Positions 18,383 through 27,586 of a stretch of DNA of 55,170 nucleotides are shown here, piece after piece. The notes beneath the pieces are model-generated. The model did not search any database. It was not told the origin of the DNA and was given only the letters and a program-made list of their open reading frames with translations. Made by a program: the position numbers and the translations under genes. This DNA is from Rhodospirillaceae bacterium (GTDB lineage: Bacteria; Pseudomonadota; Alphaproteobacteria; UBA7985). Positions within the stretch are counted from its first letter, which is position 1, and each line of letters starts with the position of its first letter. The stretch is taken from positions 1-55,170 of the forward strand of contig PAFB01000149.1 of NCBI GenBank assembly GCA_002700865.1. Reading direction: 5' to 3'.

Positions 18383-18484
18383 CCACCGTCCAAAATACCA
18401 GAATGCGGTTGAGATGATCGCGGGAAGTGACTAAGCCCAAGGCTCGACGCGAAAAATGATACTTAATTCGAAAAGTCCGGATCC

Positions 18485-18907
18485 ATGAACATTTACCACA
18501 AGACCGCCGCTACAGCCCGCGGAGGCCGCTCGGGCAGCACGAGTCTCGATAACGGCACCTTTTCCATCGACACAGTTCTACCAGGTGCCAAAAAAGAGGG
18601 CCTGACCCCCGAAGAGCTGTTTACGCTCGGCTATGCCGCTTGCTTTGATAACGCGATGAAGGAAGCTGCAAAGTTCAAGGAAATCGAACTTGGTGACGAC
18701 TGGCACACACAAATTGCCGTTGGGCTAGGAAACTCCGACGACAACAAGCGGTTGCGTTTTGACGTGGACATCACCGCGATGCTGCCAGGCATGGATCAAG
18801 AAACAGCAGATCGGCTGATGGCGACAACCCACAAACTCTGTCCCTTCTCCAACTCTCTGAGTGAGACGATCAGCGTCCGACTGAAGGCTAAAACCACCCT
18901 CGACTAA
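18485..18907 (+). CDS. ohr: Organic hydroperoxide resistance protein Ohr (OsmC/Ohr family)
   Basis: 140-aa ORF with an N-terminal ARGGRSG block and both conserved Cys contexts, LGYAACF and HKLCPFSN. Confidence 0.85.
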   Translation: MNIYHKTAATARGGRSGSTSLDNGTFSIDTVLPGAKKEGLTPEELFTLGYAACFDNAMKEAAKFKEIELGDDWHTQIAVGLGNSDDNKRLRFDVDITAMLPGMDQETADRLMATTHKLCPFSNSLSETISVRLKAKTTLD

Positions 18908-18951
18908 AGCCCAGCAACGCTGGTTCCATCCGTGCCGTAAAGATCTAAAAG

Positions 18952-18981
18952 TGGCCCCGTTTCAAAGCGAGACCGGGGCCA
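18952..18981 (+). terminator. Hairpin downstream of ohr (weak or bidirectional terminator candidate)
   Basis: An 8-bp GC-rich stem, TGGCCCCG (18952-18959) with CGGGGCCA (18974-18981), and a 14-nt loop. There is no T-tract on the plus strand. A TTTT run follows it on the minus strand. Confidence 0.3.
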
Positions 18982-19149
18982 GCTCAGTCTATGGCAAAGT
19001 GCTGCTCTCCGCTGATCTCGCTGTGCTGGTTCACGACTTGGCAGCAGCGCGGGTGCCGGCAGCAGTGGAATTGTTTGAAACATCGTGTTCCTGTTCATTT
19101 GATAGATATTAGCTACTATTTCTAATTATCGCCTGCAGAGCCGGCCTTA

Positions 19150-19158
19150 TGATAGAAT
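19150..19158 (+). promoter_or_regulatory. Extended -10-like element TGATAGAAT upstream of the DUF1800/DUF1501 operon
   Basis: TGnTAGAAT lies in the AT-rich 292-nt intergenic region, about 42 nt upstream of the GTG at 19200. No convincing -35 element. Confidence 0.2.
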
Positions 19159-19199
19159 ATCGGTTCAGAGTTTGAAGCAAACCACCGGAAGATAGTGCG

Positions 19200-21818
19200 G
19201 TGACATGTCAAATTTTCTGGCGCATGGCAAAAGCAGCGATCCTCGGATTGATGGTATCGGTATGGCCGGCGCTGGCCTCAGCACAGCATCTACAGATGCG
19301 AATGACCCCCGGAGATGCCCGGCATTTGCTCGAACGCGCTGGGCTGGGCGCGCATCCCGATGAAATAAATGCGCTGTTGGGTCTATCCCGGGCGCAGGCT
19401 ATCGACGCCATGGTCGACCAGCTTGATGTCTCTGCACCTTTCAACGAACCCCCGATCAGCCTCAGCGACGGTGAGCATGTCCACTACTGGATGTTAAACG
19501 ACTACGAGGAACAGGACAGACAAGCTTTCCGGGTCGAGCGCGACAAGGAGATGGGTGAGCTTCGCCGATGGTGGATCCGGGAGATGCTGTCAACGTCGTC
19601 CCCAGCCGGAGAGCGACTGCTGCTCATCTGGTCCAACCACTTTGTATCCGCCTATGGCAGTCTGAATGAGGAGGTCCACGCACTCTACAATCAGCACATG
19701 ATGCTACGGGAGAAGGGACACGGCCGTTTCAGAGACCTGCTTCGGGCCGTTGTTCGTGATGCGGCCATGCTGAACTATCTCGACAACAACAATAGCCGCG
19801 AGGAACAGCCAAACGAGAACCTCGCCCGAGAATTACTGGAGCTGTTTGTCCTCGGCGAAGGCCAGTACACCGAAATGGACGTCAAGGAAGTCGCCCGTGC
19901 TTTGACCGGTTACTCCTATAATGATCTGCGGGATTTTGAATTTCAGTTCCAGCCCTGGGATCACGATGAGGGCTCGAAGCGGATACTCGGCAAGATCGGA
20001 CGCTTCGATGCCGATGACGTAATCGATATCCTGCTGGAGACCGATGCGGCGGCTGCGTTTATCGTAGGAACCTTCTGGCAAGCGTATATTTCCGAATTCG
20101 AAAAAGATCCAGCAGCCATCGAAGCGCTTGCGACAGACTGGCGCAAGACCGACTATGACATCAGTGCGCTCGTGCGAATTATGCTTTCGTCAGAGGAGTT
20201 CTGGGATCCCCGTTATCGCGGCACTATCGTCAAATCGCCGGTTGACCTGATGATCGGAACACTTCGCAGCGGCGGGCGACTGCCCCAGTGGTGGCCCACG
20301 TTGAGCGTACAGCTTGAAAGTCTTGGCCAGCACTTGTTCGAAGCACCTAACGTCGCGGGCTGGCCTGGCGGGGCTGACTGGATCACGCCCGCGCGACTGC
20401 TGAGCCGTAACGAAGCACTGCAACAGCTTGCTGCACTTTACGACGGGCCGGCCCCTTCGGCCGCATCGGATCCGGCGGGCACCCCAGACGGACTTGCCGC
20501 GGACGGGATGATGACTCCGTTGGCAGGAATGCCGCTCAGCTTGCGATACGGTGCGGAGGACTTCGAAGGCCCACCAACTATTGTGATCCGAGGCTACAAG
20601 ACCAGAGAAGATGGCAGAGACATCCCAATCTGGCGATCAGAGGTATTTGAGGCCTCGGGTGGTATCGACACCGGCCGACTGGGCCGGATCGATAGCCTCG
20701 CGGACCTAAACTGGCAGGTCGATACGCTGGTATACCCCGAAGACCTCGACCCTCCTGACTGGTTCAGCGTCGGGTTCTACAATGATCATTGCTGCGGCCC
20801 AGGCGGAAGCTCCGGGGGCGACCGGAACCTGTTTATCGACTGGCTACGCTTCGACGATCAACTCTACCTTGCCAGCGATGGACTGCAGAAACCCGGCTGT
20901 CGAGGGTCGAACAATGACGACCCACCGGGCAATTTTTACTGCTCCGGTGAACTGCAACTGCGCGTTGCCCAGACGCTCGAACCTGAGCCTATGGGCGGTT
21001 CAGGCGAAGATCTGGCGACTTCGGCGCTGAACCCAGACCGACAGGACCGCCTCGTCATTGGACGCGTTGCTTTTGACTGGGGGCGCGCGCTGGACCGTAC
21101 GCGCAGTTGGAACAGCCTGTCGATCTCGCTCATGGACGTACGCATGAACCATCTGCACTACGATGCACTGCGGCTTGAACTGGTGGAACACCGTCGCAAT
21201 GGTCGTCGCGAACTGCTGCTCGACATTCGTGAAAGTAATTGCAGGCCTGACTGTTTTTACGGGCAATGGCCATCTACCACCTTCAAGGAATTCAATTCAG
21301 GCGAAAAACGTGTCGAATATCTGCTCTGGCCTGGCGGTGACGTGGACCAGCGTGGACAGTACGATCAACTCGACGAGGACCACCGTAAGCTGGTGCACGG
21401 GCTATGGTCCGCCATGCCTACACTGTTCGACACCATGAAAGACGGCAGGAACTGGCGTCGGCGCGGGCAGGACCGGGTCGGCAGCAGCTGGGATCCTATC
21501 CTTGCCAAGATCACTGATGCCCTGCCGCGCACACGCTATTCAAAGGAACTTAGTAACCCCGTTCCGCTGATAGAGCCCATGGCTCAGAATAGCGGTTCGA
21601 TGATGTCAGCGATGATGTCGCAAGAAGCGTCGGGAGCGGTTATGCTGCTTGGCATGCCCGATGAACGGGTCGAGTGGCTAGGCAGCGCGTCCGGGGCTGA
21701 ACGCTTCGAGGGAGACGCACTGGTAGAAATCACCCTCGCCGGGCGACCATCGCGGCCGCTGAGCTCCGGTTTCGGTTTCAGCGACCTGATCATCGACCCG
21801 GTTTATCAACTCAAGTAA
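19200..21818 (+). CDS. DUF1800-domain protein with ~460-aa C-terminal extension (872 aa)
   Basis: DUF1800 hallmark blocks lie in residues ~1-410: LLIWSNHF, AAMLNYLDNNNS, NENLARELLELFVLGEGQYTEMDVKEVARALTGYS and EAPNVAGWPGG. The N-terminal signal peptide is AILGLMVSVWPALASA. The extension contains FYNDHCCGPGGSSGGDRNLFIDWLRFDDQLYL. Confidence 0.8.
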   Translation: MTCQIFWRMAKAAILGLMVSVWPALASAQHLQMRMTPGDARHLLERAGLGAHPDEINALLGLSRAQAIDAMVDQLDVSAPFNEPPISLSDGEHVHYWMLNDYEEQDRQAFRVERDKEMGELRRWWIREMLSTSSPAGERLLLIWSNHFVSAYGSLNEEVHALYNQHMMLREKGHGRFRDLLRAVVRDAAMLNYLDNNNSREEQPNENLARELLELFVLGEGQYTEMDVKEVARALTGYSYNDLRDFEFQFQPWDHDEGSKRILGKIGRFDADDVIDILLETDAAAAFIVGTFWQAYISEFEKDPAAIEALATDWRKTDYDISALVRIMLSSEEFWDPRYRGTIVKSPVDLMIGTLRSGGRLPQWWPTLSVQLESLGQHLFEAPNVAGWPGGADWITPARLLSRNEALQQLAALYDGPAPSAASDPAGTPDGLAADGMMTPLAGMPLSLRYGAEDFEGPPTIVIRGYKTREDGRDIPIWRSEVFEASGGIDTGRLGRIDSLADLNWQVDTLVYPEDLDPPDWFSVGFYNDHCCGPGGSSGGDRNLFIDWLRFDDQLYLASDGLQKPGCRGSNNDDPPGNFYCSGELQLRVAQTLEPEPMGGSGEDLATSALNPDRQDRLVIGRVAFDWGRALDRTRSWNSLSISLMDVRMNHLHYDALRLELVEHRRNGRRELLLDIRESNCRPDCFYGQWPSTTFKEFNSGEKRVEYLLWPGGDVDQRGQYDQLDEDHRKLVHGLWSAMPTLFDTMKDGRNWRRRGQDRVGSSWDPILAKITDALPRTRYSKELSNPVPLIEPMAQNSGSMMSAMMSQEASGAVMLLGMPDERVEWLGSASGAERFEGDALVEITLAGRPSRPLSSGFGFSDLIIDPVYQLK

Positions 21819-21833
21819 GTGGAAAATCACGGT

Positions 21834-23003
21834 ATGGATCGCCGCAAAGTTCTGAGTTCTCTGGTCGCTGGTCTTAGCCTGCCGTTAGCCCCGATCGAGC
21901 TGGCGCAGGCGGCCGGGCGCTCAGGCCGGCGCCTCATCCTTGTCGAATTGTCCGGCGCTAACGACGGCCTGAACACCGTAGTACCCTGGGCCAACGACCG
22001 CTATCGCGCGATCCGCCCCTCGGTGGCGCTTGACCGCGGGGATCTGATAACGCTTGACGACCAATTGGGGCTCAACAATGCACTGGCGGACCTTGGTCCG
22101 GCCTGGCAGGCAGGAGAATTGGCTGTGCTTCAAGGGCTGGGCTACCCTGAGCAGAACCGCTCCCACTTCAAGTCCATAGCGCTTTGGGAAACCGGTGGTG
22201 ACGGCAACCGTGCAGGCCGCAGTGGCTGGCTCACCGAAGACGTGGAGACCATGGGTAATGGCTTCGATGCGCATGGGATCAGCCTCGATGGCGGCATGGG
22301 TATCTTCGCTTCATCGAGCGGGTTGTGGCTGTCCTTCACCTCGCTGCATCATCTACAGACACTTTCTGCAACCAACGCGGGTCTGGGCGGCTTAACCACC
22401 GACAGTGCCAACCCCGCCCTCTCAATGTTGCTCGACCGGGGCAACGCGCTCGACAGCGCCATGGGACAAATCAGCACCAAGATCAAGCAGACTGGGATGG
22501 CCCGTCACGTGCGCATCGACGGCGGCGAATTGGGACGACAAGCGGCCCTCGCTGCGACCCTAATTCGGGCAGGGGTGGATGCACCGGTGCTCAAGATGAA
22601 AATCGGCGGCTTTGATACGCATGAAAATCAGCGCGGTGATCATGAGCGACTGCTACGTGATCTGGGACGGTCGCTGGCGGGCCTTCGGGCGGCGCTGAAG
22701 CAATCGGGGCACTGGGACCAGACGCTGATCCTGACCTATAGCGAGTTTGGTCGGCGAGCGACGGAGAACTATTCCAACGGCACTGACCATGGTACGGCGG
22801 CGCCGCACTTGCTTCTCGGCGGCGGGGTTCGCGGGGGGCTGTTTGGGCGACACCCGGATCTGGAAGACCTCGAAGATGGCGATTTGAAATACACGTTGGA
22901 CTATCGCGCGGTTTATCAGCGTCTGCTCGCCGGTTGGTTTGGGTTGTCGGACAACCGTTTTAGCGGCTTTGACGATGCAAGCCTCGACGGTGTTCTGATC
23001 TAG
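21834..23003 (+). CDS. DUF1501-domain protein (sulfatase/alkaline-phosphatase-like fold, Tat-type signal)
   Basis: Tat-like signal MDRRKVLSSLVAGLSL. Blocks LVELSGANDGLNTVVP, GLGYPEQNRSHFKS, GGFDTHENQ and GTDHGTAAP. An alternative GTG at 21819 directly follows the DUF1800 stop. Confidence 0.85.
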   Translation: MDRRKVLSSLVAGLSLPLAPIELAQAAGRSGRRLILVELSGANDGLNTVVPWANDRYRAIRPSVALDRGDLITLDDQLGLNNALADLGPAWQAGELAVLQGLGYPEQNRSHFKSIALWETGGDGNRAGRSGWLTEDVETMGNGFDAHGISLDGGMGIFASSSGLWLSFTSLHHLQTLSATNAGLGGLTTDSANPALSMLLDRGNALDSAMGQISTKIKQTGMARHVRIDGGELGRQAALAATLIRAGVDAPVLKMKIGGFDTHENQRGDHERLLRDLGRSLAGLRAALKQSGHWDQTLILTYSEFGRRATENYSNGTDHGTAAPHLLLGGGVRGGLFGRHPDLEDLEDGDLKYTLDYRAVYQRLLAGWFGLSDNRFSGFDDASLDGVLI

Positions 23004-23033
23004 GCTAACTCACCTCGTCTTTGGCCTCGCCGA

Positions 23034-23456
23034 TCATACAATCCGGCTGAGAAGCTGTTTCAGCAGCTGCGTCTCATTTGCTGAAATTGGTGCAAGCAGG
23101 TCGCCAATTACATCGGCCACCGCTTCAAGCAGCTCTTCAACCACCTGCTCTCCCTCGGCGGTCAGCGAGACCATGACAACCCTGCCGTCACTGGTCGAAT
23201 TTTCCCGCCTGACCAATCCCTTGCCTTCGAGCCCCTGGATCATGCGCGTCATTTGCGACTTATCGCGAACCATCCGCCTGCTCAGTTCATTCTGACTGAC
23301 CTGGCCTGCATCAGCCAGCGTCATGAGCAGCATTCCGCCACCAGGACCTACGCTTTTTCGATCAAAGTCCCCGGCTTTTTGCTGCAACCCGAAGTGGATC
23401 GATCGCATGAAACGATCGAACATCAGTGCCAAGTCTGTATCCCGTGTCTTTTTCAT
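23034..23456 (-). CDS. MarR-family transcriptional regulator
   Basis: 140-aa ORF with a winged-HTH region VSQNELSRRMVRDKSQMTRMIQGLEGKGLVRRENSTSDGRVVMVSLTAEGE. Confidence 0.85.
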   Translation of the reverse strand: MKKTRDTDLALMFDRFMRSIHFGLQQKAGDFDRKSVGPGGGMLLMTLADAGQVSQNELSRRMVRDKSQMTRMIQGLEGKGLVRRENSTSDGRVVMVSLTAEGEQVVEELLEAVADVIGDLLAPISANETQLLKQLLSRIV

Positions 23457-23459
23457 GTG

Positions 23460-23474
23460 GTTGATTTTATCAAC
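23460..23474. promoter_or_regulatory. Candidate MarR operator: perfect palindrome GTTGAT-TTT-ATCAAC
   Basis: 6-bp arms with a 3-nt spacer, 4 nt upstream of the marR start codon, in the marR/membrane-protein divergent region. Two further TCAAC half-sites follow (GTCAAC, TTCAAC) within 40 nt. Confidence 0.35.
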
Positions 23475-23543
23475 TTTCTATCTTAGTGGACTTAGTCAAC
23501 GTATTTCAACTGTCCCGCGGGGACAATGGCAAGGAAATTCACG

Positions 23544-23993
23544 ATGAGTTCTGTTCAGAAAAATACGCTCCGCGTGGCGGCAATCCGTTGGCTCCTGTGG
23601 GGGCTGGTCCACGTGCTCGCCGGGGTAATGGTGTTGATGAACGACGCCACTGGAGGCCTACAGGCCGTTGCCGATGGCGTTAATCCTGCGGCGCTGGCAG
23701 CAGACTACCACGGAGCCGTCGAGGGCGTCCTCAATCAGCATGGTTGGAACCTGGGCTGGTTCGGAGTGGCCACGATCATCGGTGCTGCGATGATCTGGCA
23801 TCAGAACCGGACTGCAATCTGGGTCACTAGCATGGTAGGTGGCCTCGCCGATATTGGGTATCTGCTGTTTCTGGACTTCGCTGGCTATGTGAACTTCGTA
23901 CCCGGCACCGTCATGACATTCATTTCCGGCGCAGCCGTACTTCTGAGTTTCTGGGTGTGGTTCTCAACGCGAAGCCAGGGCAAAGTGGCCTGA
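23544..23993 (+). CDS. Hypothetical polytopic membrane protein (divergent from marR)
   Basis: About 4 hydrophobic helices (IRWLLWGLVHVLAGVMVLM, LGWFGVATIIGAAMIW, IWVTSMVGGLADIGYLLFL, VMTFISGAAVLLSFWVWF). ATG 23544 has AAGGAA 7 nt upstream, with an alternative ATG at 23526. Confidence 0.55.
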   Translation: MSSVQKNTLRVAAIRWLLWGLVHVLAGVMVLMNDATGGLQAVADGVNPAALAADYHGAVEGVLNQHGWNLGWFGVATIIGAAMIWHQNRTAIWVTSMVGGLADIGYLLFLDFAGYVNFVPGTVMTFISGAAVLLSFWVWFSTRSQGKVA

Positions 23994-24028
23994 TTCCCTG
24001 CCTGAGTCCCTGCCTGCGTCCCTGCGCC

Positions 24029-24808
24029 TCAGTGACCCAAACCAAGGAGGAAATCGCGCAGGCAGGTACCGGTCTGAGCGCCGCCTTCGAGCAGGATCGA
24101 GTGCTTCAGCGAAGGCAACACCCGCAGTGTGGCGAAAGGCATGGCCTCGGCAATCAATTGGTTTAACCGTGGGGGACAGCCGCCGTCATTCTCCCCTGTC
24201 AGCACCAGTGACCGCGCTGTGATTTCATGCAGCCAGGGGGCCATCTCAGTCTCGGCGTAGATATCGAAGACATTCAGGAACACCTCTGGGTCAGTGCCGA
24301 TCACCTGCGCCATACGGGCCTCAACCACTTCGGGATGCTCGGCGATAAAGGCGTCCGTGAACCAACGGTTGGCCAGTGTGCTCAGCACCTCAGCAATCCC
24401 CTGCTGGCGCATCGCGGAGACAACTGCCCTAACATTGATGCTATCTTGTTCCGTGCGGAAGGCAGCGGTGGACAGCAGCCCCAGGGACAGCACCCGATCG
24501 GGAAAGGCGCGGGCATAGGCCGGCGCGATCATCCCCCCCAGCGAATGCCCGGCGATATGTGCTGCCTCCACCCCGACTTCTGCCCGCACTTGTTCGAGGT
24601 CGGCGACCAGCGCGTCAAGACCAAAACGCCCGTCCGGTTGAGGCGAGTTACCGTGCCCGCGCAAATCGTAGGCGATGACGGTAAAGTGTGCTTCCAACAG
24701 CGGAAGAGCCGTCGCCCAAGTAGCCCGCGAGGCCCCGATGCCATGGATCAGGATCAAGGGCGGCCCTTCACCCGATACTGAGTACGCGCAAGACAGCGGC
24801 TGAGTCAT
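24029..24808 (-). CDS. Alpha/beta-fold hydrolase
   Basis: 259-aa ORF with an oxyanion region LILIHGIGASRATW, a nucleophile elbow GHSLGG, and a C-terminal His context LKHSILLE. Confidence 0.85.
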   Translation of the reverse strand: MTQPLSCAYSVSGEGPPLILIHGIGASRATWATALPLLEAHFTVIAYDLRGHGNSPQPDGRFGLDALVADLEQVRAEVGVEAAHIAGHSLGGMIAPAYARAFPDRVLSLGLLSTAAFRTEQDSINVRAVVSAMRQQGIAEVLSTLANRWFTDAFIAEHPEVVEARMAQVIGTDPEVFLNVFDIYAETEMAPWLHEITARSLVLTGENDGGCPPRLNQLIAEAMPFATLRVLPSLKHSILLEGGAQTGTCLRDFLLGLGH

Positions 24809-24861
24809 GAAGGCCTCTCTGATTGACGTGTTTCGATAATGAGACCGGCCAAAGTATCGCG

Positions 24862-25947
24862 TCAGCGAACAGCCTGCAGGCTTGGTCTTCCGCCCTCGCG
24901 CAGGAACGCGTCTCGGACACGGGCCGGACGGTCGGTGAAGTGCGGCATCACCTCTTCAGCAAAGCACTGAATGGCCTCCAGCGTGTCTGAAGACTCAAGG
25001 CCAAAATTGAAATTCAGGATCACTCGATCGATACCCAGGTCCGCATATCGCCCCAGCCGATCAACCATCTCAGTGGGGCGGCAGATCAGCAGGCTCTTTT
25101 CCAATTCCTCGGCTGATTGAGCGCGCGGGATTTGCCGGATCATCCCCGCGTCGACAAGACCGGGGCCAAGATAAATGTTGTCGAACCGGCAATAGTAGTC
25201 ATAGGCCGCTCGGTTTTTTCGTGTGCGCTCAGCTTCAGAGGTTGCGACGTGCGCTACGCGCGACAGCGACAGCGTCAGCGCATCGCCCTCATTATTCATG
25301 TCGGCCTTGGCACGGTTGAAGGCATCAACCTGGTCCACCAACAGCTGGTGATTCCCCGACAACGGCGTCGTCTGGATGTGGAACCCACGGCGGGTACAGG
25401 CGTAAATGCCCTCGGGGTTCATCACCGCCATCATCATGGGCGGGCCACCCGGACGAACCGGACGCGGCATGATGGTCAGCGCGTCAAACTGGTAGAATTT
25501 TCCATCCCAGCTCACTTCTTCTTCCCGCAACAGCGCCTGCAGCACATCGAGGCTTTCGTCGAAGCGCTCGCGGGTCTCCTCCATCGGCACGCCGAGGCGC
25601 TCCATCTCAAACTTAAAGGCACCGCGACCAACCCCGAGGAACAGCCGTCCGTCACAGAAGATGTCAGCGACGACGACCTCGCCGGCATAGGTCCGCATGT
25701 CGTGCAGCGGCAACACAACCACACTGGTCAGGATTTTGATCTGGCGGGTGTGGGCGGCGATCTTCACGGCAAAAGTGAGCGGCGCCGGCATCATCAGGCA
25801 GTTGACCAGGTGGTGTTCGGTCACTGACACGGCATCGAAGCCGAGGTCATCGGCACGCTTTGCTTGTTCCAGCATGTCCCGATAGACCCGATCACCGCCG
25901 TAGGCCTTATCTGGGTAATCAGACGACAACTGTACGCTGAATTCCAT
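24862..25947 (-). CDS. LLM-class (luciferase-like) flavin-dependent oxidoreductase
   Basis: ATG 25947 follows an SD-like GAGGAGCAGG. MEFSVQLSSDYP..., GFDAVSVTEHH and LFLGVGRGAFKFE are typical of luciferase-like monooxygenases. The first 35 codons of the track ORF look like a spurious extension. Confidence 0.85.
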   Translation of the reverse strand: MEFSVQLSSDYPDKAYGGDRVYRDMLEQAKRADDLGFDAVSVTEHHLVNCLMMPAPLTFAVKIAAHTRQIKILTSVVVLPLHDMRTYAGEVVVADIFCDGRLFLGVGRGAFKFEMERLGVPMEETRERFDESLDVLQALLREEEVSWDGKFYQFDALTIMPRPVRPGGPPMMMAVMNPEGIYACTRRGFHIQTTPLSGNHQLLVDQVDAFNRAKADMNNEGDALTLSLSRVAHVATSEAERTRKNRAAYDYYCRFDNIYLGPGLVDAGMIRQIPRAQSAEELEKSLLICRPTEMVDRLGRYADLGIDRVILNFNFGLESSDTLEAIQCFAEEVMPHFTDRPARVRDAFLREGGRPSLQAVR

Positions 25948-26264
25948 CTTTACCTGCTCCTCATGAACATGCTTTGGGTTGGTAGACGGTAGACCAGTGT
26001 CGTCTCTGCGGTCTGCCCGTTCGCGCCACGGCTGGAGGACAATTTGACGCACCCCTTCACCTGAACCAAACCCAATTATCCTCGCAGACCCATACCTGCG
26101 CTTATTTTTCTACGTGACCCAAGAACCAACATTATCCCAAAACCGGGTAAAGTGAGAACAGGAAATCAGGGTTCAGCCCCATTGAGCCACTTTTCTTTAC
26201 CTATCGTAGCCTCCACAACAGGCTGTTCGTTTTAGGTAGAATAAAATTAATTAAATAATATTTT

Positions 26265-27302
26265 TTGGGGCAAAGCGTGACCAACAACTCCGACACGCCA
26301 ATCGACGGCTCGAATAAGCTGTTCGACAATAATCTGCTAGAAGGGCGGCACGTGCCAAGTCCGGGGCTATGGGATGAGATGCGCAGCTTTCTCGCAATTG
26401 CTCGGGCCGGCAGCCTACTCGGCGCCACAGAAACGTTGGGCATATCTCAACCAACGCTTTCACGCCGCTTGATGACGCTGGAAGACCGCCTCGGGCAGCT
26501 GGTGATACGCAAGCCCCATGGGGTCGAACTGACCACCAAGGGGCGAGAGGTTGCGGAACGCATCGCGAAAATCGATCTAGAATTCTCTGACTTGTTTACC
26601 GCCTCGTCTGCGGCGACGTACCGATCCGTGGTCAAGGTCGCGGCAACGGACGGATTGGCGGCATTCTGGCTGGCGCCACATATTCCTGGGCTTCTGCAAC
26701 AAGGGATCCAAGTTAGCCTTGAAATCATCTCGCTGCAGAACATCCCCAACTTGAAAAAGAACGAAGTGGACATCATCGTCGCTTTTCCAGTGCCGGTGCA
26801 AGACGATTTCATCGTTGAGGATCTGGGCCATCTGCACCTGACAACCTTTGCCTCGCTTGAATATATCAAACGCTTTGGCACCCCGACGCGCGACAATCTC
26901 AGCGACCACCGCTTTGTCGGGAATCGTCAATATCTCTCCAGTAGTGATTTCTGGCGAGACTGGGTGGATGTAACCAAGGAAGCCCAATACATCGCCGGAA
27001 CCGATATGAACGTGACCTATGCGACCATGATTAAGTCCGGCCTCGGTCTCGGGCTGCTGGGCAACTATATGAACATGGACCCCTACCTGATCCATGTCGA
27101 TCTGGGGGTTAACATTGGTCACGGGATCCGGATGTTCAGCCTCGAGCAGAAACGCAACTACCCAGAAATTGCGGCTACCAAGCAGTGGATCCGCGGTATT
27201 TTTCGGGGCAACCCCTGGTTCTTGAGCGAAATGATCGTGAACGACGAGGTCAGTGATTATGACCAACGGGTGCGATGGCTCATGAACCACTACTCGACCT
27301 GA
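26265..27302 (+). CDS. LysR-family transcriptional regulator
   Basis: HTH region WDEMRSFLAIARAGSLLGATETLGISQPTLSRRLMTLEDRLGQLVIRKPHGVELT plus an effector domain. The start is uncertain (TTG 26265 or GTG 26277). GC is lower than in the neighbours. Confidence 0.8.
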   Translation: MGQSVTNNSDTPIDGSNKLFDNNLLEGRHVPSPGLWDEMRSFLAIARAGSLLGATETLGISQPTLSRRLMTLEDRLGQLVIRKPHGVELTTKGREVAERIAKIDLEFSDLFTASSAATYRSVVKVAATDGLAAFWLAPHIPGLLQQGIQVSLEIISLQNIPNLKKNEVDIIVAFPVPVQDDFIVEDLGHLHLTTFASLEYIKRFGTPTRDNLSDHRFVGNRQYLSSSDFWRDWVDVTKEAQYIAGTDMNVTYATMIKSGLGLGLLGNYMNMDPYLIHVDLGVNIGHGIRMFSLEQKRNYPEIAATKQWIRGIFRGNPWFLSEMIVNDEVSDYDQRVRWLMNHYST

Positions 27303-27585
27303 GAGACATCCATTCGGTTGCGCAGACGTAGCATTCGAGTCTGCTGTTGCAGGATGTCGTAGGGGTGCGCACTGGACACCCCTTCGAACATCTGACGCTT
27401 GGCCTCTGCCACCCGCGAGAGCGCATCCGCAGCCAGGTCAAGGGCGTGGATGAACTCGAATTCAGCCTCCGGCTCGTCGGCGCTCATTTTTACTTCTGCC
27501 GACATCAGCACATCGAGCATCAAAGCAAGCAACTCAGCCTTATCAATGTCGGACGAAACCGATTTAAGGTTGCGGAGCGTCATGC
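27290..27585 (-). CDS. ORF fragment abutting the symmetry axis (C-terminal >=97 codons of an unknown helical protein)
   Basis: The minus-strand frame stays open from the axis to the stop at 27290 (...MTLRNLKSVSSDIDKAELLALMLDVLMSAEVKMSADEPEAEFEFIHALDLAADALSRVAEAKRQMFEGV...DVSQVE). Codon 27584-27586 is split by the axis. The native 5' end is either lost or at ATG 27583. Confidence 0.4.
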
Positions 27586-27586
27586 G
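27585..27586. other. Symmetry axis of the palindrome (centre of CATGC|GCATG), no unique loop or spacer
   Basis: Sequence 27575-27596 reads gagcgtcatgc|gcatgacgctc. The axis equals the exact midpoint of the window. Confidence 0.95.
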
